A stretch of 64,000 nt of DNA from Candidatus Latescibacterota bacterium. GTDB taxonomy: Bacteria; Latescibacterota; UBA2968. Location: positions 1,376,001-1,440,000 of the forward strand of contig OZ241986.1 in the NCBI GenBank assembly GCA_965204375.1, given 5' to 3'. Position 1 is the stretch's first letter; each line of letters starts with the position of its first letter. Made by a program: the position numbers and the translations under genes. Below the pieces are notes generated by a model. The model was not told the DNA's origin. It searched no databases and saw only the letters and a program-made list of their open reading frames with translations. Positions 47,311 to 57,954 of this stretch are shown piece by piece.

Positions 47311-47316
47311 TAAGTC

Positions 47317-48477
47317 TCAATACGTTTCGGATACGTCGAGTACGGTGCTGTTTTCCGCGCTTTTCGTTGTATTGGAATTTTTGATCTTTTCCTGGAGTTT
47401 TTCATAGAAAAGGTCGCTGTCAACCGGGATATCCACCCAATTGTCTGTCCAGGCGGATAAGAGCATGGCGTTGGCGAGTTCGACGCCTTTGATTCCCTCA
47501 ACGCCAGGTGCCAGAAGGGGACTGCCTGTGCGTATGGCATCAACCCAGTTTTGCGTGATGCCGCGATGGGCTTCGCCGCTGCCGCCCGTGGGGATGTCGC
47601 ATTTCCATGATTCGGGGCTGCCAAAGCCGCCTTTGTATTCTTTGCAGAATTTGCTGACGGATTCTCGGGTGCGCCAAAAGGTGATATTTCCACCTTCCAT
47701 GACGACTTTGCCGCGATCGCCAGTGATCTCGAGGCGATTGGTTCCAGGGGCTTCGCCTGTTGTGGTGATGAATACACCCGTCGCGCCATTTTCGTATTCC
47801 ACATAGGCGGTGACTTCGTCATCGACTTCGATATCGTGGTATTTGCCAAATCCGACAAATGCCCTGCATCGGATGGGCATACCGCAAATCCATTGCCACA
47901 GGTCGAGGTTGTGCGGGCACTGGTTCATTAAGACGCCGCCGCCTTCGCCTTCCCAGGTCGCGCGCCAGCCGCCTGAATCGTAATAACTTTGCGAGCGGAA
48001 CCAGGTCGTGATGATGTAGTTCGTACGCTGAATTTCTCCCAAATCACCCGATGCAACCAGGTCTTTGAGTTTTTGGTGCGCTCCTATGGTGCGCTGGTTG
48101 AACATGAGGCCGAAAACGCGGTCGCTTTTTTCAGCTACGGCATTCATTTCTTCGACCTGTTTGGTATAAACACCTGCTGGCTTTTCGATGAGTACATGCA
48201 ACCCGCTGTTCATGGCTTGAATTGCCAATGGCGGATGCAGGTAGTGCGGTGTGGCGACGATGACGGCATCGACGGTTCCAGAGGCCATCATGTCATCGGC
48301 ACTATCGAATGTGCGGATGTTTTCGCCCAGGTTTTCACGCGCCCACTTGATGTGGTCGGGATGTATGTCGCAGATGGCGGTTAGTTCGGCGTTGGATACC
48401 TGGCCCGGATGCAAGTAGAGACTATGTCCACTGCCCATGTTGCCGATGCCGATAATGCCGATGCGTACCTTATCCAT
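47317..48477 (-). CDS. Gfo/Idh/MocA oxidoreductase
   Basis: GIIGIGNMG, ATPHYLH, HVLIEKP, GGGVLMNQCPHNLD. Confidence 0.93.
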   Translation of the reverse strand: MDKVRIGIIGIGNMGSGHSLYLHPGQVSNAELTAICDIHPDHIKWARENLGENIRTFDSADDMMASGTVDAVIVATPHYLHPPLAIQAMNSGLHVLIEKPAGVYTKQVEEMNAVAEKSDRVFGLMFNQRTIGAHQKLKDLVASGDLGEIQRTNYIITTWFRSQSYYDSGGWRATWEGEGGGVLMNQCPHNLDLWQWICGMPIRCRAFVGFGKYHDIEVDDEVTAYVEYENGATGVFITTTGEAPGTNRLEITGDRGKVVMEGGNITFWRTRESVSKFCKEYKGGFGSPESWKCDIPTGGSGEAHRGITQNWVDAIRTGSPLLAPGVEGIKGVELANAMLLSAWTDNWVDIPVDSDLFYEKLQEKIKNSNTTKSAENSTVLDVSETY

Positions 48478-48549
48478 AGAATTTTTCCTCTTCTTTGTTG
48501 TTGGGGGTAGGGGGTTATGCTGATCTTGTTTTGGGTGGATGTGGGGGGC

Positions 48550-48588
48550 ATCCTGTTCATCCTTCCATCCTTAAATCCTGATCCTGTT
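48550..48588. repeat. ATCC-core tandem repeats spanning a stop codon
   Basis: ATCCTGTTC ATCCTTCC ATCCTTAA ATCCTG ATCCTGTT. Confidence 0.65.
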
Positions 48589-49710
48589 TTTCTCAATATA
48601 ATCCCAGTTGATGTTCATGCCCAATCCCGGATGCTGGGGAACGTGGACGAATCCTTTGTCATCCATGGGTTCGCCGTGTTCGTGAAGCCAGGGTGCGTGT
48701 TCGTCGAAGTCGATGAAAGGGTGGAGGAGACCGCGTTCGTAAAATTCGCCATTGGTCATGGCGCACAGGGCGTGCAGGTTGCCGGGACCGCCTCCGTGGA
48801 TTTCGCAGCGCATGCCAAAGGATTCGCACAGGTGAACGGTTTTCATAAGGGGTGTCAAACCGCCCACATCGCCGACGCCGCAGCGGGAAATATCGCAGGC
48901 ACCGGCTTTGATCCATTCAGCGCGCACATACATTTTGCCTTCGCATGTTTCGGGACCACATATTGGTAAGGATGTTTGTTCACAGAGCCAGACATAGGAC
49001 GACATACTGTGTTCGTCCATGGGTTCTTCCATCCAGTAATAGTCGAGTTTTTCAAGTCCTTTTGCCAGGGCGAGCGAGGCTTCGCGATCGTAATAATGAT
49101 AGGGGTCGAGCATGAGGGGGATGTCGGGACCGACTGCTTCGCGCACGGCAGCGCAGGCTTCGAGGTCGCGTTTGACACTGGGTGCGCCCTCGTAAGGTGG
49201 TTGCCAGGTGTGGAGCTTGAAGGCGGGGTAGCCGCGTTTCATACACCATTCGGCAAAGCGGGCATAATCTTCGGGCGTGGCCAAACCGCCTTCGAGGTCG
49301 TCGCCGCACATGGTGGAGGCATAGGCAGGGACTTTATCGCGGTAGCCTCCGAGCAATTTGTAAACGGGTTGATCGAGGGCGCGCCCGGCCAGGTCCCAGA
49401 GGGCGAGGTCAACAGACATGATGACTTTGTCGGTTATCGTGTCTGAGTTGATGCGCTGGCGGTGGTTGAGGTCGTGCCAGATTTGTTCGCGCATAAAGGG
49501 GTCTTTGCCAATGAGTTCTGGCTTGACCATGCTGTTGATCACCCGCGCATTTGCACCGAACCAGTATCCGGAAACGTCTTCGTCGGTTGAAATTACGAGC
49601 AGGGTTTGAACGGCTTCGCGTTCGGGACCAGGATGCCCGTGTCCGTCGCTGTCTTGTTCGGTGTTGGCGATGTATTTAAATTGAATGGTTTCGACATCGG
49701 TGATTTTCAA
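48571..49710 (-). CDS. Mandelate racemase/enolase superfamily protein
   Basis: VDLALWDLAG, FKLH, MLDP, WMEEP, GPE, PGLG; TTG start with AGGAG RBS. Confidence 0.92.
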   Translation of the reverse strand: MKITDVETIQFKYIANTEQDSDGHGHPGPEREAVQTLLVISTDEDVSGYWFGANARVINSMVKPELIGKDPFMREQIWHDLNHRQRINSDTITDKVIMSVDLALWDLAGRALDQPVYKLLGGYRDKVPAYASTMCGDDLEGGLATPEDYARFAEWCMKRGYPAFKLHTWQPPYEGAPSVKRDLEACAAVREAVGPDIPLMLDPYHYYDREASLALAKGLEKLDYYWMEEPMDEHSMSSYVWLCEQTSLPICGPETCEGKMYVRAEWIKAGACDISRCGVGDVGGLTPLMKTVHLCESFGMRCEIHGGGPGNLHALCAMTNGEFYERGLLHPFIDFDEHAPWLHEHGEPMDDKGFVHVPQHPGLGMNINWDYIEKNRIRI

Positions 49711-49722
49711 GAGTAACTCCTT

Positions 49723-51174
49723 TCAATACAGCGGCCTATAACGCAGGTCGCCGCCTTCTTCGCGTTGTTTTTTGTAATCGGCTTCAAGCGCTTCTCGCAC
49801 CCAGTATTGCGGGGCAGATGTGTAGTTCGATTGGTGTTTCTGGTTGTCAATCCAGTGTTCGAGCAAGCGGGATTTGAGGTCGTGCTCAACATGGGATAGT
49901 TGCGCGTCGCCCGCACGGTTGACGAGTTCATCGGGATCGCTTTCGAGGTCGTAAAGTTCGGCAGATCCATCGGCGTAGTGCGCGTATTTGTAGCGTTCGG
50001 TTCGCACCATAGCGCGTCCGCCGATTTCGCAAAATGCAGCCTGGCGAATGGTCGCGGTGGGGGCTTTGAATAGTGGGCGAATGTCTTCGCCTTGTAGTGT
50101 GCTCGGCGGTTCGGCATCGCAGGCGTGATAAATAAGTGGCACGAGATCAATGATGCTGACGAGGCCCGATGCGCGCTGATCGGCGGGGATATCGGGACCG
50201 CGAATGATGAGGGGTACGCGAGACATGCAGTCGTAGAAGAAGCTTTTGAAAGACAGGCCGTGATCGCCTAGCGCGTCGCCGTGATCGCTGGTGAAGATGA
50301 TGAGGGTGTCGTCGAGTACGCGGTGGGCTTCGAGCGCGGCGATCATTTTGCCAATGCCTTCGTCTATCAGGCTGATGTTGGCGTAGTAGTGCTCGCGCCA
50401 TTTGCGGTAGTGTTCCGGGGTTGCTTTTGAGTAATCCTGGCGGAACATAGAGTTGGACAGGCTGCCGCGACCGCGGTCTCTTTGGGCAGGTGGCTTATCG
50501 ACGAGTTCTTCTGGGGAACCGACGGGTTCGGGTATGGGCGCGTCGGCATACATACGGGCCATGTCTTCAGGTGGATCGTAGGGGTCGTGCGGTCCGGGAA
50601 AGCTGACCCAGGCGGCGAAGGGATCGCTCCCATTTTGTTGGAGCCATTCGGCAGCCTGATCGCCGACAAAGCCATCGACGTGAAATTTGCGCTCGCGCGG
50701 TGTGATTGATGCGCCCAGATTTTCGTAATATCCCGGCAATGTGGTAGGATGCGGTCGGTCGAGGCCGTGTGCAGCGAGAAATTGTACGTGATGGTCGGGC
50801 AGGAAAATGTGCCGTTTGTCTTCGGCCATGATGCGTTCGTCAAAGCCCTGGTGTGAGTCCCAGGGGTGAAAGTGCATTTTGCCGATGGCTGCGGTGCGCC
50901 GTCCAGTCTGCGAGATGATACGCGGCCATGTCGGCACGTGATCGGGTAGCCAGTTGCCATTGCCGAGGACGCCAGTCACGCTGGGGTACTGCCCGCTCAT
51001 GATGGACGCGCGGCAAGGTACGCATACAGGGGAGGGGACAATGCAATGGTCAAATACCATGCCTTCGCGTGCAAGGCGGTCGAGGTTGGGGGTTTGCATA
51101 AAGTCGAGGCCGTAACAGGGGAGGCTGTCCCAGCGCTGTTGATCGGTAGTGATTAAAAGGAGATTGCGAGCCAT
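49723..51174 (-). CDS. Sulfatase (Cys-type S1)
   Basis: NLLLITTDQQR, CVPCR, GKMH, GPHDPYDPP, SDHG; ATG 51174 behind GGAG. Confidence 0.93.
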   Translation of the reverse strand: MARNLLLITTDQQRWDSLPCYGLDFMQTPNLDRLAREGMVFDHCIVPSPVCVPCRASIMSGQYPSVTGVLGNGNWLPDHVPTWPRIISQTGRRTAAIGKMHFHPWDSHQGFDERIMAEDKRHIFLPDHHVQFLAAHGLDRPHPTTLPGYYENLGASITPRERKFHVDGFVGDQAAEWLQQNGSDPFAAWVSFPGPHDPYDPPEDMARMYADAPIPEPVGSPEELVDKPPAQRDRGRGSLSNSMFRQDYSKATPEHYRKWREHYYANISLIDEGIGKMIAALEAHRVLDDTLIIFTSDHGDALGDHGLSFKSFFYDCMSRVPLIIRGPDIPADQRASGLVSIIDLVPLIYHACDAEPPSTLQGEDIRPLFKAPTATIRQAAFCEIGGRAMVRTERYKYAHYADGSAELYDLESDPDELVNRAGDAQLSHVEHDLKSRLLEHWIDNQKHQSNYTSAPQYWVREALEADYKKQREEGGDLRYRPLY

Positions 51175-51434
51175 GAGGTGCTCCAGAATAAGGGTGAATT
51201 CGGGTGGATCAAAAGGACGGGACAAGATAGGACGGGGAAACAGGTATGGCAAAGTATTTCTGTTGGTCAAGTTGAGTAGAATGAGATAAAGAAGGCCTGT
51301 TTTGTATCATTCAAAGCAGGACTATTGTTTTTTGTGCATTGTGCTGTTGCGTATCTCAGGGTCTAACACTATCTTGTGGGGCGTTTTGTTTGTTTCATTG
51401 CATTGTGCATGGTGTTCTGGACGGAAGGATTGCT

Positions 51435-53240
51435 ATGGATGTATTGCTGGGTGATGTCAAATTACCGTCGCACTTAGATCGTCTGACAGATACGGCTCTG
51501 GATCTCAGGCGTGTGCAGGGTATGGTGCGCGTTGGTCCCGATGTGTTATTTGTGATATTGAGCGGTTCTTTGTTCAAGTTGACGGCAGAGAGAGGGGTGC
51601 TTGAACCGGTGTTTGATTCTGTAGGGCGAATTTGGCCGGCCGATGAAAATTGTGCGCTGGTCGAATCGGAAGGCGCGCTATGGCGGGTTGATCTGGATGG
51701 TACAAAGGGGCGGTTGCTCACGATTCCCAAAGGGACGATTTCGTATGATGTCAAATGGGGAATACGGGGTTTGGTTGTGGGTGCTCTTGTGGATCGCCGC
51801 GAGCCTGTGGATCCCAAAGCACCTTATTTTTACCCTGCGTCGAGAGAAAAGGTCACGCTGTGTCGATATGCTTCAATCGAGGGGTGGCACGATCTTGCCG
51901 ATGTGCCAGAAGGATGCGGGAACCTGAGCATGTGTCGGTATGGTCGTCGAATCGCGTGGCGAGAATCTCTTAATGTGATTCCAGAAGAAGCGCAGCGAGG
52001 GGAGTTTTACGGCTTTGATTTGAATACAAATGAGGTGCGAAAGTTGACCGAGGGTGCGGGCAAAGTCGGTCGTGTGGTGATGGCTTCGGATGGCTCTGCA
52101 TTGCTTTACGAAGCCAATCACGAGGCGGAGTATCCCATTACGACACATACGGATTTGTGGTGGTTGTCATGGGATGGCAGCGAACGGGTGAATCTCACAG
52201 AGGGCGGGCGCTGTATTGCGCGTTTTGGCTGGGGACCGAGCGAAAAAACCGTCTGGGTGTCGTTTGTGGAGGGTTTGGAAACGCAGACGGAAGTCCTGGC
52301 TCTGGATGGGACGCCAGAGGGAACATTTGGCGATCTGGACGCGGTATCAGATATTGTGTGGATGCCCGATGGTCTGGCTATTTTTGAAACCGAAGATGCG
52401 GAACGGTTTCCCGCAATTTGGACGGGAACGCGCCGGGTGCCCTTGCCCCAGCCAGAGAATTACGAGGATTTGCGCGTTTTAGAAATGGAATGGGAAGCTC
52501 CCGATGGCATGGAGATCGAAGGGGTGCTCTACGAAGCGGATCGCCTTAGAGGCTCTACACCGTTGCTGGTTTCAGCGCACGGCGGACCTGCTGCGCCTGT
52601 GGAGAATTTACGCAGTGAGGCGGTCCGGTATCGCCATTTACTGAGGGCGGGTTACCGGGTTTTTCGTCCGGCATTTCGGGGGTCTCTGGGTTTTGGAGAC
52701 GATTTCGCACGGAGCAATATCGGATGTCAGGGGCGGGCTGATCTCGAGGATATTATTTCGGGTGTTGATTTTTTGGTTGAAGAGGGTCTTGCATTAAAAA
52801 ATCGGGTGGGTATTTTTGGGGCATCTTACGGGGGGTATATGACTCTGCGGGCATTGGCTGTGACGGATCGATTTCTGGCTGGCGTTGCGCTTTTCGGTTT
52901 TATCGACAATCGGCGGATGACCCTGGAGACTGGCGATTTTACGTATGAGACAGAGTATTTGGAACCGTTATCGTGGCCGATTACAGAGCGTACGCGTGGA
53001 GGCGATGTGTTTCCCAATTTAGGCGCAATTCGCACACCGCTTCTGTTGTTGCACGGCGATCAGGACCCGATTTGTCCGCTGTCGGAATCCAAAGTCACCT
53101 GTCGCGCGCTGGAGTCACTGGGGGTGCCGGTGGGGTTGGTGGTGTATCCGGGCGAGGGACACGGGTTTCGGAAAGAGAAAAACCGCCGCGATAGTGCGCG
53201 GCGAACCCTGGCATGGTTTTTGAACTATTTGCCGCCCTGA
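51435..53240 (+). CDS. S9 family peptidase (acylaminoacyl peptidase-like)
   Basis: HGGP, GASYGG, HGDQDPICP, GEGHGF catalytic triad; beta-propeller-like N-terminus. ATG 51435 behind AAGGA. Confidence 0.9.
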   Translation: MDVLLGDVKLPSHLDRLTDTALDLRRVQGMVRVGPDVLFVILSGSLFKLTAERGVLEPVFDSVGRIWPADENCALVESEGALWRVDLDGTKGRLLTIPKGTISYDVKWGIRGLVVGALVDRREPVDPKAPYFYPASREKVTLCRYASIEGWHDLADVPEGCGNLSMCRYGRRIAWRESLNVIPEEAQRGEFYGFDLNTNEVRKLTEGAGKVGRVVMASDGSALLYEANHEAEYPITTHTDLWWLSWDGSERVNLTEGGRCIARFGWGPSEKTVWVSFVEGLETQTEVLALDGTPEGTFGDLDAVSDIVWMPDGLAIFETEDAERFPAIWTGTRRVPLPQPENYEDLRVLEMEWEAPDGMEIEGVLYEADRLRGSTPLLVSAHGGPAAPVENLRSEAVRYRHLLRAGYRVFRPAFRGSLGFGDDFARSNIGCQGRADLEDIISGVDFLVEEGLALKNRVGIFGASYGGYMTLRALAVTDRFLAGVALFGFIDNRRMTLETGDFTYETEYLEPLSWPITERTRGGDVFPNLGAIRTPLLLLHGDQDPICPLSESKVTCRALESLGVPVGLVVYPGEGHGFRKEKNRRDSARRTLAWFLNYLPP

Positions 53241-54424
53241 GGGTAATGATCGTAGTCCGCCATGTCATAACGCTGCGTTGAGATTGCCCAGTTGACGCCG
53301 AGTTCGGAGAAGATTTTGCCCGTGCGAAAGCTGCGGTCTAACAAGTCATCCAGTCCCTTGATGATGTGGAAGATTACGCCGTCGCGTTTTACATCGCTGT
53401 GATCGACTGTGACGATATTGGGACAGCTTTCGTGTGCGCCATTGACGCACAGGGTTTGTGCGCGTGCGACTTCTGGCGGGCACAGGGGCGTGGCGTTGTT
53501 TTGCAGTACGTCGATGGCGTTGTGAAACGGGCCGTGATGGTCGCGCAAGTCGCGTTCATCAAAGGTTTCTGTGCTGCTGTCGTTGTAGCGAATGATTGAA
53601 CTCGGACGGCTCCATTCGACTGTTCCATGCTCGCATTGGAGTTGCATGAGGGGGTTGAAATTTTCGCGGGTGGAATGGGAGAGGCCGATGAGGACGTCAA
53701 CGCCATTTGCGACAATGCGGAGTACGGCTGTGTCGAGTGTCTGGATATCGCGTGCCCGATAGAGTTCGGCCTGTACGGTTTCGGGCATGGCCGATTCATG
53801 ATGGGTTGCGCCGCAGAGGTACATGGCATTGTTGAGGTCGTGTGCCATGGCGTTGTTGATCGGGCTGTCGAGAACATAGGTGCCGTCGTCGAGTGTGAGT
53901 CGTCCAGCCCAGGTATTGCGGCTATAATACAGGTTGTTGCGAGGCCATCCGCCTTTGATGCGAATCGCGTGCAACTTGCCCAGCCGACCATCCAATAAGC
54001 GGGTTTTGATGGTCTGGATGCTGGGTGCGTAGATTGATTGATATCCGATGAGCGCGATTTTACCCGTTTTGTTTTTTATCTTTATTAAATGATTGGCGTC
54101 CTGTACCGTAGCTGATAGTGGTTTTTCACAGATAACATTGAATCCCGCTTCGAGTGCTGCGACGGAATAGGGGACGTGATAATGAATGCCAATGGGTAAG
54201 GTAACGTAATCTACGCCTCCTGCACTGAGCAGATCGTCATAAGTATCGTAAACGCGAACATTGCGGGTTTTAAATTCGGCGAGTTTTTCGGGATGGTTTT
54301 CCGGGTCAATGACAACGGCGGCATCGAGGCGTGCGCGTCCTTTTTGTTCGAGTGCTTCGACAGAGCGTACGTGTGTTTGCCCAAAACCGCCAATGCCAAC
54401 AATGCCAAATTTTACAGGGTTCAT
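53225..54424 (-). CDS. Gfo/Idh/MocA oxidoreductase
   Basis: GIVGIGGFG, VICEKP, DSPINNAMAH; ATG 54424 behind AGGAG; convergent 16-bp overlap with the peptidase. Confidence 0.9.
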   Translation of the reverse strand: MNPVKFGIVGIGGFGQTHVRSVEALEQKGRARLDAAVVIDPENHPEKLAEFKTRNVRVYDTYDDLLSAGGVDYVTLPIGIHYHVPYSVAALEAGFNVICEKPLSATVQDANHLIKIKNKTGKIALIGYQSIYAPSIQTIKTRLLDGRLGKLHAIRIKGGWPRNNLYYSRNTWAGRLTLDDGTYVLDSPINNAMAHDLNNAMYLCGATHHESAMPETVQAELYRARDIQTLDTAVLRIVANGVDVLIGLSHSTRENFNPLMQLQCEHGTVEWSRPSSIIRYNDSSTETFDERDLRDHHGPFHNAIDVLQNNATPLCPPEVARAQTLCVNGAHESCPNIVTVDHSDVKRDGVIFHIIKGLDDLLDRSFRTGKIFSELGVNWAISTQRYDMADYDHYPQGGK

Positions 54425-54507
54425 AAATTGCTCCTTTGTGAGAGAGTAAAAAAAGCAAAAGCTATTGTACGAGCAACTGAAATTAGTGGAACAAATTGCA
54501 GGGGGAC

Positions 54508-55494
54508 ATGATGAAAGACATTTTATCTGTCGGGCTGATTGGTGCAGGTTCAAATGCGGGGGGACATGCGCGCGGTATTGAGGCCAATGAGAATATCCGT
54601 CTGGCAGCGGTTATGGATATTGACCTCAGTCGGGCAGAGGCTCTTGCCGATGAGCACAACGCCCGCGCTTATGGGGTGTTGGATGATTTATTGAATGATC
54701 CCGAAGTGGATGCCGTGCATGTGTGTTCGATTCACAAAGTACACGCCGAGCAGGTGGTTGCCGCGGCGCGTGCGGGAAAACATGTACTGGTTGAAAAGCC
54801 AATGGCACTGTCCGTGGCCGAATGTGATCGCATGATTGCTGCGTGTGAAGATGCCGGTGTGGTGCTGATGGTCGGGCAGGTGATGCGGCACTTTCCAGTG
54901 AATTTGAGGGTGAAGGCGCTGATTCAGGAGGGCGCGATTGGCGAGGTGGGGCACATGATCCGCAGGCGATACGGCAATTTTGATCCGCCGGACCGGTCAT
55001 GGTATCTCGATTTGGAATTGGGCGGTGTTTGCGTTTTGTATTGTTTTGGTCCGCACGAGTACGATATTTTACCCTGGTATATTGATTCTCCCGTGGTTAA
55101 GGTATATTCGCAGGGCAGTGAAAGCGCGGAGCGATACGCAGGGCAAAAGGATTCGTATTCGACGATTATGAATCACAAAGATGGCACAGTGAGTGTGCTG
55201 ACGCAAACTGTGGTGACGCATACCAGCGCACACGATACGTATATTATGGGTAGCGAGGGATCCATCTGGATGACCAATCAAAAATTGATGGTCAATGGCG
55301 AAGAAGTGCCCATAGATGAGACCACGCGGGTGGGAATGCCCAATCAGATTGGCGAATTTGTAGATTGTTGCCTCAATGGAAAAGTGCCCGATGCCAATGG
55401 CAGGTCTGTGCGTCATACGATGGCTGTGATTGAGGCGGCAAAGCACAGTGCTGAGAGTGGTGAATCGGTGATGGTAAATGGAGAAAATACATGA
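54508..55494 (+). CDS. Gfo/Idh/MocA oxidoreductase
   Basis: VGLIGAG, GKHVLVEKPMA, MVGQVMR; start at one of two tandem ATGs. Confidence 0.9.
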   Translation: MMKDILSVGLIGAGSNAGGHARGIEANENIRLAAVMDIDLSRAEALADEHNARAYGVLDDLLNDPEVDAVHVCSIHKVHAEQVVAAARAGKHVLVEKPMALSVAECDRMIAACEDAGVVLMVGQVMRHFPVNLRVKALIQEGAIGEVGHMIRRRYGNFDPPDRSWYLDLELGGVCVLYCFGPHEYDILPWYIDSPVVKVYSQGSESAERYAGQKDSYSTIMNHKDGTVSVLTQTVVTHTSAHDTYIMGSEGSIWMTNQKLMVNGEEVPIDETTRVGMPNQIGEFVDCCLNGKVPDANGRSVRHTMAVIEAAKHSAESGESVMVNGENT

Positions 55495-56960
55495 ACCAAC
55501 CCAATGTGATTATTATCATGAGCGATCAGATGAAGGCAACGGCGAGCCATTTGTACGGTAGTGCGTTTTGCCAGACGCCATCTTTAGAGCGGATGGCGAA
55601 TGAGGGTGTGTTGTTCAAACACGCTGTTACGCCGCATCCGCTGTGTGTGCCGTGTCGCATTTCGTTTTGGACCTCTCAGTTTCCGCATTCACACGGTGGG
55701 CGGCGAAACCAGACGCTGATGCCGGGGGATGCCACGCATGCATTTAAGCTGTGGAAAGCAGCGGGATATCGGTGCGGGCTGATTGGCAAGAATCACTGTT
55801 TTGAGGAACAAAGCGATCTCGATTTGTTCGATGTGTGGTGTGAGATTGGACATGGGGGATTGCCCAGAGATGCCGCGACAAAGGGGATGGATTGGTTTCG
55901 TCCAATTGAGTCGATTAATGCCGCGCATGTGGTTCGCAGAAACCTGCCCGATATTAGCCCGCAGTTTTCTTACGGGACCAGTGATTTTCCGCTGGAGGAT
56001 TATTCGACCGGGCTGGTGGCGGGGCAGACTGTGCAGTTTTTGGAGCAATTTGGCAATGATCCGTTCGCGCTGTGGGTTTCCATTCCCGATCCCCATACGC
56101 CGTATGAATGCCCCGAGCGGTATGCGATTGCACCCGATGATGTGGTGATGCCGCCCTGGCGAGCGGATGAGTATAGCGATGGTACAGCGCCCGAACGCAA
56201 CCGGGTATTGCATGCGATGATTGGGGTGGAGGGTGATCCGATTGAACACGTAAAGGGATGCGTGGGGGTATATCATGGGATGGTGCGTTTTTTGGACGAT
56301 GGCGTGGGGCAGATTTTGGATGCGCTGGATCGGCTCAATTTGCGCGAGAATACGGTTGTGGTTTTTTGTGCAGATCACGGTGATTTTTCGGGCGAACACG
56401 CGCAGATCGCCAAGGGGGGCGCGTTTTACGATTGTCTGACGCGCGTGCCGCTTATCGTGTCGTGGCCGGGGCAGGTTCCGCAAGGCGTGGTGGATGAGAG
56501 TTGTGTCAATTTGATCGATATCGTGCCGACGGTTTTGCAATTGCAGGGACTTGATGTGCCGCGTTCTATGCACGGGGAGGGGTTGCCCATGGTTACGGAT
56601 ACCGCACCGAGAGATGCGGCTTTTTCAGAATACGGCGCAGGCGGACCGGCATTTACTATGGCGGATTTGAAACAGCTTGAGAAGCCCTGGGGGCGTCGGG
56701 CTATTGGACGGTCTTTGCAATGGCGCGAGGCCGAAGGGCGCCGCAAGATGGTGCGTACAGCCGAATGGAAGTACGTGCATGATCCTATGGGAGATCGGGA
56801 TGAGTTGTACGATCTGGTGAACGATCCGTGGGAATTGTACAATGTGGTGGATAATGCCGATTACCGCGATGTCATCGCAGATTTGCAACTAAAATTGGCG
56901 GATTGGAGTATTCGCACAGAGGATGCGAGACCCGTTCCAATGCCGGCGCAAGGGATATAA
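55491..56960 (+). CDS. Sulfatase (Cys-type S1)
   Basis: PNVIIIMSDQ, CVPCR, GKNH, DPHTPY, ADHG; ATGA overlap. Confidence 0.93.
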   Translation: MNQPNVIIIMSDQMKATASHLYGSAFCQTPSLERMANEGVLFKHAVTPHPLCVPCRISFWTSQFPHSHGGRRNQTLMPGDATHAFKLWKAAGYRCGLIGKNHCFEEQSDLDLFDVWCEIGHGGLPRDAATKGMDWFRPIESINAAHVVRRNLPDISPQFSYGTSDFPLEDYSTGLVAGQTVQFLEQFGNDPFALWVSIPDPHTPYECPERYAIAPDDVVMPPWRADEYSDGTAPERNRVLHAMIGVEGDPIEHVKGCVGVYHGMVRFLDDGVGQILDALDRLNLRENTVVVFCADHGDFSGEHAQIAKGGAFYDCLTRVPLIVSWPGQVPQGVVDESCVNLIDIVPTVLQLQGLDVPRSMHGEGLPMVTDTAPRDAAFSEYGAGGPAFTMADLKQLEKPWGRRAIGRSLQWREAEGRRKMVRTAEWKYVHDPMGDRDELYDLVNDPWELYNVVDNADYRDVIADLQLKLADWSIRTEDARPVPMPAQGI

Positions 56961-56962
56961 CT

Positions 56963-57913
56963 ATGAACCAACCACATCCGGAAATTCAGAAATTCGTACA
57001 GACATTTGAAAACGCGATGCAAGGGGATGGTCTGACGGATCTGCACAGCGAGGGGGTGGCGGCTGCAAGGGCTTTTAACGATTCGCGCAAAATGCCAGAT
57101 GATATGCTGCCGCCTATTTATCATGTGGCAGATAGCGCGATATCGAGGGAAACCGGGGAGATCCCCATTCGCATTTATCGCCCCAATGAGGATCGAGGGT
57201 TGCCGCTTCTCCTGTGGTTTCACGGCGGGGGATGGGTGCTGGGCGATCTGGATACTGGAGAGTTTAAATGCAGAAAACTCGCGCAGGATGTGGGGTGTGT
57301 AGTCGTTTCGGTCGATTATCGCCGCGCGCCAGAAACACCTTTTCCCGGTGCGATTGACGATTGTTTTGCCGCCACATTATGGGCGGCGTCTTCAGCAGAT
57401 GAATTGGGGATTGATCCTTCCCACATTGCCGTGGCTGGCGATAGTGCCGGAGGCAATCTGGCCGCCTGTGTCGCTCTTCGCGCCCGAGATACAGATCTAA
57501 ATCTCGTTTTTCAATTGCTCGTCTATCCCGTTATTGAGGCAAATTTTGATCGTGCCTCTTATTCTGAAAATGCCGAAGGGTATTTGCTCACGGCCAGTGC
57601 GATGAAGTGGTTCTGGGATTGTTATGTTCCCAATATCGCAGACCGCAAACAACCCGATGTCGCGCCCATTTGCGCTTCTGATCTGTCTGGTCTGCCGCCC
57701 GCGCTGGTTATGACCGCTGAATTTGATCCCCTCCGCGATGAGGCTGAAGATTATGGCCATGCCTTAAAAGCCGCAGGTGTTGACACTGTTACACGGCGTT
57801 ATATTGGCATGACGCATGCGTTTTATATGTTGCCAACTGAAACCCCGGTTGCTGAAATTGACGCGGCGACCAATGAATCTACTGAGGCATTGCGCTGGGC
57901 TTTTAATAAGTAG
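56963..57913 (+). CDS. HSL-family (family IV) esterase/lipase
   Basis: HGGGW, GDSAGG, FDPLRDE, HAF. Confidence 0.94.
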   Translation: MNQPHPEIQKFVQTFENAMQGDGLTDLHSEGVAAARAFNDSRKMPDDMLPPIYHVADSAISRETGEIPIRIYRPNEDRGLPLLLWFHGGGWVLGDLDTGEFKCRKLAQDVGCVVVSVDYRRAPETPFPGAIDDCFAATLWAASSADELGIDPSHIAVAGDSAGGNLAACVALRARDTDLNLVFQLLVYPVIEANFDRASYSENAEGYLLTASAMKWFWDCYVPNIADRKQPDVAPICASDLSGLPPALVMTAEFDPLRDEAEDYGHALKAAGVDTVTRRYIGMTHAFYMLPTETPVAEIDAATNESTEALRWAFNK

Positions 57914-57954
57914 TCAATTTCCTCACGCGACTGATCAACAATAGGAGACCATAT

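Noticed and set aside
51335-51408. Direct repeat TGCATTGTGC twice in the divergent promoter region
   Set aside because: Only two 10-bp copies in T/G-rich sequence; chance cannot be excluded.
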